This document shows, piece by piece, positions 35,347 through 40,000 of a stretch of 40,000 nucleotides of DNA. This stretch comes from Sulfuricellaceae bacterium (GTDB taxonomy: Bacteria > Pseudomonadota > Gammaproteobacteria > Burkholderiales > Sulfuricellaceae): NCBI GenBank assembly GCA_030690895.1, contig JAUYFQ010000062.1, positions 1 through 40,000 of the forward strand, read 5' to 3'. Position 1 is the stretch's first letter, and each line of letters opens with the position of its first letter. The notes below the pieces were generated by a model. That model was not told the DNA's origin. It saw only the letters and a list, made by a program, of their open reading frames with translations, and ran no database searches. The position numbers and the translations under genes are program-made.

Positions 35347-35895
35347 ATGGCACTCAAAGCAACCATCTTCAAGGTAGAACTCAATATTTCAGACATGGAT
35401 CGTCATTATTACGGCGACCATACGCTGACCATTGCGCGCCACCCATCCGAAACCGACGAACGCATGATGGTGCGTCTGCTGGCGTTCGCGCTGCATGCGC
35501 ACGAGGCATTGGCGTTTGGGCGGGGGGTCAGTACCGATGACGAGCCAGACTTGTGGCAAAAGGATTTGACCGGTGCCATCGAGTGCTGGATCGACGTCGG
35601 CCTGCCGGATGAAAAACTTATCCGCAAGGCTTGCGGGCGCTCGAAGCAGGTGTTTGTCTACAGCTATGGCGGCCGTGGCGCGGATATCTGGTGGGGGCAA
35701 AACAGCAGCAAGCTCGAACGCCTGGATAACCTGACCATCATGAACCTGCCCCTTGCCACCACTCAGGCTATGGCGAAACTGGCCGAGCGCAACATGTCTT
35801 TGCAATGCACCATTCAGGATGGCGAAATCTGGCTGTCTGGCGAGAATGACACGGTGCAGGTGAGTTTGATACCCATCATGGCATCTCGTAGGTAA
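35347..35895 (+). CDS. yaeQ: YaeQ family protein
   Basis: MALKATIFKVELNISDMDRHYY...LTIARHPSETDERMMVRLLAFAL matches the YaeQ family pattern. Confidence 0.85.
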   Translation: MALKATIFKVELNISDMDRHYYGDHTLTIARHPSETDERMMVRLLAFALHAHEALAFGRGVSTDDEPDLWQKDLTGAIECWIDVGLPDEKLIRKACGRSKQVFVYSYGGRGADIWWGQNSSKLERLDNLTIMNLPLATTQAMAKLAERNMSLQCTIQDGEIWLSGENDTVQVSLIPIMASRR

Positions 35896-35968
35896 AGGGG
35901 TAGCTTCACCCGCCCTGATTTCAATTTTTAGATCGGTGGTGCATCTGGTGAGCTACTGCGCAGTTAAA

Positions 35969-36093
35969 CTGAGATTGTTCATTAGACAGGATCTCGTCAA
36001 AACAACGGGATGTAGGGGCGAATTTATTCGCCAAAGGCGGTTAATACCCATGGGCACAAGAACCGCCCCTACAAGTGCTAATGGACATCTGGG
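35969..36093. repeat. MITE-like element, second copy of the 13631-13750 family (opposite orientation)
   Basis: Shares ATTGTTCATTAG, a TGTAGG...CCTACA core (36011-36073) and AATGGA..GGG ends with the reverse complement of 13631-13750. TTAAA lies on the left flank (35964-35968). Confidence 0.55.
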
Positions 36094-36159
36094 TGCAACT
36101 GTCATTGCATGCTGAGCTTTGTAACGCTTTCCGGAACTTGAACTTAAAACGGGGGTAAG

Positions 36160-36549
36160 ATGAAAAAGATTGTAATTTTATCAATGTGTTGCGCTGTATT
36201 TTCTGCCCAGGCAGGCGCTTTCAAGTGCCAGGACGGAAATGGACGCACGGTTTACCAGGAGACGCCCTGCGAACAGGCCAGCCTTAAATCTGTTGGAACG
36301 ATCAAGGCGCCCGAACTCAGCTCCGATGAAGAACGCGCGCGCATGAAGGGCATCAATAAAAAAGCCAGTGCGGATTTTGATGATGCCATGAGCACAAGGA
36401 AAAAAATGGAAAAATCCGAGAAAGAAGAGCGGGAAGCCGCGCACAAGCGATCTCTGGATGAACGGAATGCCATAGCCAGCGAACGACAGGCTAGGGCAGC
36501 CGAAAGAGATGCGCAGGCGAGCGAAGTGCGCAACACCTTAAAACGGTAG
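36160..36549 (+). CDS. DUF4124 domain protein (secreted, charged C-terminal tail)
   Basis: Signal peptide, then FKCQDGNGRTVYQETPC (DUF4124 pattern), then a Lys/Glu/Arg-rich tail. Confidence 0.7.
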   Translation: MKKIVILSMCCAVFSAQAGAFKCQDGNGRTVYQETPCEQASLKSVGTIKAPELSSDEERARMKGINKKASADFDDAMSTRKKMEKSEKEEREAAHKRSLDERNAIASERQARAAERDAQASEVRNTLKR

Positions 36550-36578
36550 AGGGGCATCGGCAAAAACAAAAGGCACGG

Positions 36579-39500
36579 TTAACCCGCCACCACTCGAACC
36601 CTGCCTTGCTCATCCCGCACAGCCCGCCCCAGCGCCACCAGGGTTTCCAGCAGTTGCGGCAAGCGTTTTTTCCATGCGCCCTTGCCGCTGAAATGCTCGG
36701 CCAGCTCGGACTCGGAAAGCGGCTTGCCTGCGCTGGACAAAATCTGGGCGATGGCGGCCATTTGGGCGGGGAGTTCGGCGGGCCAGGGGGATTTGCTTTG
36801 CGCATTCTCCCCCTCGCCGGTATTTACCCCCTCCCCAACCCTCCCCCGGAGGGAGAGGGGGCTATCCATTGGGGTTTCAGCGTTTGTACCATTAAGTTGC
36901 TGCTGTTGCGGGGCTGCCTGGGGATGCTGGTAGGCGGGGCGCAGCCAGCGGATTTGGCCTTGGGCTTCCTCGGCGGCGCGTTCGGTGTTGAGGGCGACGA
37001 GTCTTTCGAGGATAGTTTCGGCCACGCCCCCTTCTCCTCCGGCCTGGTAGGGCGCAATAACCAACGGGCATTGCGCCGGAGGCATCTGGTGCAATGCGCC
37101 ACGCTTATTGCACCCTACAATATCCAGGTCGCTCCAGCCATAAGCTTGCAGCACCGCCGCATCAAGGTCGTCGTGGAAGGATTTGAGCACGGCGACCAGG
37201 CCTTTTTCGTAAATCGCCTGCTCCTTCGCGTTTCGGTCTGCGCCAGTTCTCAGTTTTTCCAGCACGTTATATAGCCCGGTCAGCGTTAACTCTGGATGCT
37301 CGGCCAGCACGCGCTTGCGGTGGGCGTCGAGCTGTTCGGCGAGAGAGCGAATGCGAGCAGATAAAACAAATCGCTCTTGTCCATTGCCCCCTCTCCCTCC
37401 GGGGGAGGGTTGGGGAGGGGGTAAGTCGGGGAAAGGGAAAGTCTCGAAGCAGCGGGATTTGTTGTAGCGCGGCCTGTCTTCCAGCGTGCCACCTTGCGCC
37501 AGCGCCCAGATGACATGCACCTGGCTCGACAGCACGCCCAGCCAATAAGCATCATCGAGCGCGATGCAAATCAGTTTGTTGTCCGGCGCAATTTCAGCAT
37601 CCAGAAACTGGAAAACTCGGTGCTTGGCGGTTTCGACGGTGGCGATGTAGCGTGGCAGGCCGGTGAGCGTGGCACGCATGACTTTGCGCGGCTCTCCGAA
37701 AATCCACCAGTTGTCGCGGTAACTTGCCCGGTTGTTGAGGTCACGTTCGGGTTTTACCCGTTCCAGCACCCATTGATAGGTGGCTGGCCAGCGGCGACGC
37801 ACTTCGTCTGCATCATGGCCGTAGAGATCGATCAATTTGACGCCGCGCGGTCGGTCGGTGAGGTCGCGACCATTGCGGTAGGGCTTGATTGGCGCATCGG
37901 TTTCGAGTTGCGCAGCTTGTTCCGGCGTGACGATAAAACCCGAACCAAACAACTGAAAACCACGATTCGCAAGCCCTTCATTGGCCCGCAACCCCAACGC
38001 CCCCGCCACATTCGCCCCAATGCTCAAGTCGGCATGAATCACGCCAACACGCTGTGCCAGCGTCACTTCCAACCCCTCGCCGCTGCCGCTTCGCTCGTCG
38101 GTCACGGTGAGCAGGCATCCCTGCTCCCCTCTCCCTCCGGGGGAGGGGGTGGGGGTGGGGGAGGGGGAGGGGGAGGGCACGCCAACCGTCATCGCAATCC
38201 GAACCGCCGCGCCGCCGCTGTTTTCCACCCAGGGATGGTCGGGGATGGCGAAGGCCAGGTGTAGCATCTTCACCCTCTCCCCAACCCCTCTCCCGTCAAG
38301 GGAGAGGGGTTTTTCTCCCCTCCCCCCTCGCGGGGGAGGGGCTGGGGGAGAGGGGTTTAAGGTCGGAGAGGGAGATAAATACGCTTCCAGCACGCGGCGG
38401 TTGAAGGTCTGGCGCAGGCTGTTGGTGGTGATGAAGCCAAAGCGTTGCGCCTTGCCTGCTGTGACCAGCGCGGCGGCCTTGTGCCACCAGAACATGACCA
38501 GGTCGGCGGATTCCGGCACCTCCGGGTAGGCGGCGCGCAAGGCGTCCACGTAGGCGTCGCCCAGCGCGGCACGCATGGCGGATGCGCCGATGAAGGGCGG
38601 GTTGCCGATGATGTAGTCGGCTTCGGGCCAATCTGCTGGTTTACCCTTGCCTGCTTTACCCCCTCCCCAACCCTCCCCCGCAAGCGGGAGAGGGGGCAAT
38701 GGTGAAGGGCGATGGGTTTTATCTGGGGGCAATGGTGAGGGGCGATTGTTTAGAACGGCGTCACGGCATTCGATGTTGTGAAAATCGCGCAGCACCGGTT
38801 CGGGCGGGAGGCTGGCGCCTTTTGTGCGGAAGTGCCATTGCAGGTGGCCGATCCATAGCACCAGTTCGGCGATGGCGGCGGCGCGGGGGTTGAGTTCGAT
38901 TCCAAGAAACTGGTGCGGATCGACGGTCAGTCCTTCGGCGTCGAGACTGCCGGAGGCGCCGAGGTCTTGCAGCAAATCCAGCACTTCGCCTTCGAGCCGC
39001 TTCATGTGTTCCATAGTGACGTAGAGGAAGTTGGCCGAGCCGCAGGCGGGGTCGAGTACGCGAATGTTGCATAGCCGGTAGTGGAAGGCGCGGATTTCCT
39101 GTTGCGCTTCTTTTGCGCGGCCTTCGCGGTCGAGCAGCAGGGCGGCGGCCTGGATGTTGGCCCATTCTGCGCGTAGCGGTTCCATCACGGTGGGGAGCAC
39201 CAGGCGTTCGACGTAGGCGCGGGGGGTGTAGTGCGCGCCGAGGCTGTGGCGTTCGCTGGGGTCGAGGGCGCGTTCGAGCAGGGTGCCAAAAATGGCGGGT
39301 TCGACCAGCGTCCAGTCGGCATGGGCGGCGCGTAACAAAAGGGTGATTTGTTCGCGGTTTAACGCTAGCGCGGTTGGATTTTTGAAGAACTTGCCGTTGA
39401 AGCGCGGCAGTTTGGCGCGCAGGGCGATGGAGAAACCGCCGCTGTCCATTTTTTGCCACAGTTCGCTGACCATGGCTTCAAATTGTTCCGGCGCGTCGGC

Positions 39501-40000
39501 CAGACTTTCGAGCAGGGCGGTGAAGCCGCCTTTGCCGTCTTGTCTGGGTAGCAGGGCGACATCTTCGGCGAACAGGGTGAACAGGCAGCGGGTGAGGAAT
39601 CCGGCGACTTCGTGGGTGTCGTGCCCGGCCTGTTCGAGCGATTTGGCGAGCAAAGCGAGGTCGGCGGAGATTTTACGGGTGACTTTTGCGGAGATGCGGG
39701 TGGGGTCGAGCGCCATGGGGTCTAGCCAGACCTGGCGCAGGCGTTCGCGGATTTCAGGCCGGTTCAGGTCGGGTATGCGGATGCGGTGGCTGCCAGGGTC
39801 GGGATAGGGCAGGTATGCGCCGCCACTGCGGCTGAATTCGCTGTATAGCTCGATGACATCGCCGACATCGATGATGATCAGAAAGGGTGGGCGGGTTTCG
39901 TCAGATGGCAAGCTGCGGGCGTAGTTTTGCGCTTGGCCATGGGCGCCGCGCAGGGCGATTTTAGCACCCTGAGTTTCGCGGTTCTGCTGCACGCCTTTGG
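36579..40000 (-). CDS. MmeI-like (type IIL/IIG family) N6-adenine DNA methyltransferase; 5' end outside the window
   Basis: SAM motif I VLDPACGSANFL, motif IV NPPFIGA, and a helical spacer FLTRCLFTLFAEDVALLP as in the MmeI family. The frame stays open to the window edge, so the GTG at 39992 is probably internal. Five repeat-derived insertions. Confidence 0.8.
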   Translation of the reverse strand, partial: KGVQQNRETQGAKIALRGAHGQAQNYARSLPSDETRPPFLIIIDVGDVIELYSEFSRSGGAYLPYPDPGSHRIRIPDLNRPEIRERLRQVWLDPMALDPTRISAKVTRKISADLALLAKSLEQAGHDTHEVAGFLTRCLFTLFAEDVALLPRQDGKGGFTALLESLADAPEQFEAMVSELWQKMDSGGFSIALRAKLPRFNGKFFKNPTALALNREQITLLLRAAHADWTLVEPAIFGTLLERALDPSERHSLGAHYTPRAYVERLVLPTVMEPLRAEWANIQAAALLLDREGRAKEAQQEIRAFHYRLCNIRVLDPACGSANFLYVTMEHMKRLEGEVLDLLQDLGASGSLDAEGLTVDPHQFLGIELNPRAAAIAELVLWIGHLQWHFRTKGASLPPEPVLRDFHNIECRDAVLNNRPSPLPPDKTHRPSPLPPLPLAGEGWGGGKAGKGKPADWPEADYIIGNPPFIGASAMRAALGDAYVDALRAAYPEVPESADLVMFWWHKAAALVTAGKAQRFGFITTNSLRQTFNRRVLEAYLSPSPTLNPSPPAPPPRGGRGEKPLSLDGRGVGERVKMLHLAFAIPDHPWVENSGGAAVRIAMTVGVPSPSPSPTPTPSPGGRGEQGCLLTVTDERSGSGEGLEVTLAQRVGVIHADLSIGANVAGALGLRANEGLANRGFQLFGSGFIVTPEQAAQLETDAPIKPYRNGRDLTDRPRGVKLIDLYGHDADEVRRRWPATYQWVLERVKPERDLNNRASYRDNWWIFGEPRKVMRATLTGLPRYIATVETAKHRVFQFLDAEIAPDNKLICIALDDAYWLGVLSSQVHVIWALAQGGTLEDRPRYNKSRCFETFPFPDLPPPQPSPGGRGGNGQERFVLSARIRSLAEQLDAHRKRVLAEHPELTLTGLYNVLEKLRTGADRNAKEQAIYEKGLVAVLKSFHDDLDAAVLQAYGWSDLDIVGCNKRGALHQMPPAQCPLVIAPYQAGGEGGVAETILERLVALNTERAAEEAQGQIRWLRPAYQHPQAAPQQQQLNGTNAETPMDSPLSLRGRVGEGVNTGEGENAQSKSPWPAELPAQMAAIAQILSSAGKPLSESELAEHFSGKGAWKKRLPQLLETLVALGRAVRDEQGRVRVVAG
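36805..36873. repeat. intragenic GC-rich palindromic repeat, methyltransferase locus A
   Basis: Core CCCCCTCCCCAACCCTCCCCCGGAGGGAGAGGGGG (36827-36861), translated antisense as SPLSLRGRVGEGV. Confidence 0.75.
37381..37425. repeat. intragenic GC-rich palindromic repeat, methyltransferase locus B (reverse orientation)
   Basis: CCATTGCCCCCTCTCCCTCCGGGGGAGGGTTGGGGAGGGGGTAAG, translated as LPPPQPSPGGRGGNG. Confidence 0.8.
38120..38177. repeat. intragenic repeat hairpin plus G5-run tract, methyltransferase locus C
   Basis: CCCCTCTCCCTCC/GGGGGAGGGGG followed by (G5N)n to 38177; encodes PSPSPSPTPTPSPGGRGEQG. Confidence 0.75.
38268..38378. repeat. intragenic double palindromic repeat, methyltransferase locus D
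   Basis: Hairpins at 38273-38309 and 38315-38355; encodes SPSPTLNPSPPAPPPRGGRGEKPLSLDGRGVGERV. Confidence 0.75.
38637..38752. repeat. intragenic GC-rich palindromic repeat, methyltransferase locus E
   Basis: Core at 38659-38711 (52/53 identical to 31925-31977) plus a direct duplication of GGGGGCAATGGTGA(A)GGGCGAT. Lies between the DAVL motif and WPEADYIIGNPPF. Confidence 0.8.

Noticed and set aside
36606-39459. ORFs 36606-37274(+), 37494-38264(+) and 38761-39459(-) within the methyltransferase region
   Set aside because: Alternative-frame or antisense shadows, lengthened by the six-frame-open repeats. Only the 36579-40000 minus frame has methyltransferase motifs I and IV.
1-40000. Search for tRNA, rRNA, tmRNA or CRISPR arrays in the intergenic regions
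   Set aside because: No cloverleaf-compatible sequence with a T-loop GTTCRANYC, no rRNA-like stretch and no spaced direct repeats were seen by eye. This is not an exhaustive computational scan.

Overview
GC-rich chromosomal segment whose gene content suggests a facultatively anaerobic, sulfur- and hydrogen-using chemolithotroph, possibly a betaproteobacterium (inference only; no database search was possible). All product calls come from motifs read in the supplied translations. In order: a norD-like VWA gene with a coupled unknown ORF, a lipoprotein, a single-ORF IS66-family insertion, a DUF938 methyltransferase, selO, hipBA, a CheB/CheR-PAS protein with a hybrid histidine kinase, a GNAT, msrB, fccAB (flavocytochrome c sulfide dehydrogenase), a hypothetical gene divergent from a secreted S1 protease, nifJ (PFOR), a PhnD-like binding protein with a PAS-GGDEF-EAL protein, a hoxF-U-Y-H-W NAD-reducing [NiFe] hydrogenase cluster, yaeQ, a DUF4124 gene, and an MmeI-like DNA methyltransferase that runs off the window. 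No tRNA, rRNA or CRISPR array was seen. Main observations: (1) a GC-rich palindromic repeat family with no stop codon in any of the six frames lies in frame inside nifJ (2 loci), at the hoxU/hoxY junction and inside the methyltransferase (5 loci), resembling Rickettsia palindromic elements; (2) two complete toxin-antitoxin modules (brnTA, higBA), each with its own palindromic operator, lie between the hox structural genes; (3) short-period (7-9 bp) inverted tandem arrays lie upstream of nifJ, hoxF and the DUF938 gene, and two of them look homologous with compensatory AAA/TTT versus GGGG/CCCC changes; (4) MITE-like elements flanked by TTAA-type direct repeats, some with a TGTAGG...CCTACA REP-like core.
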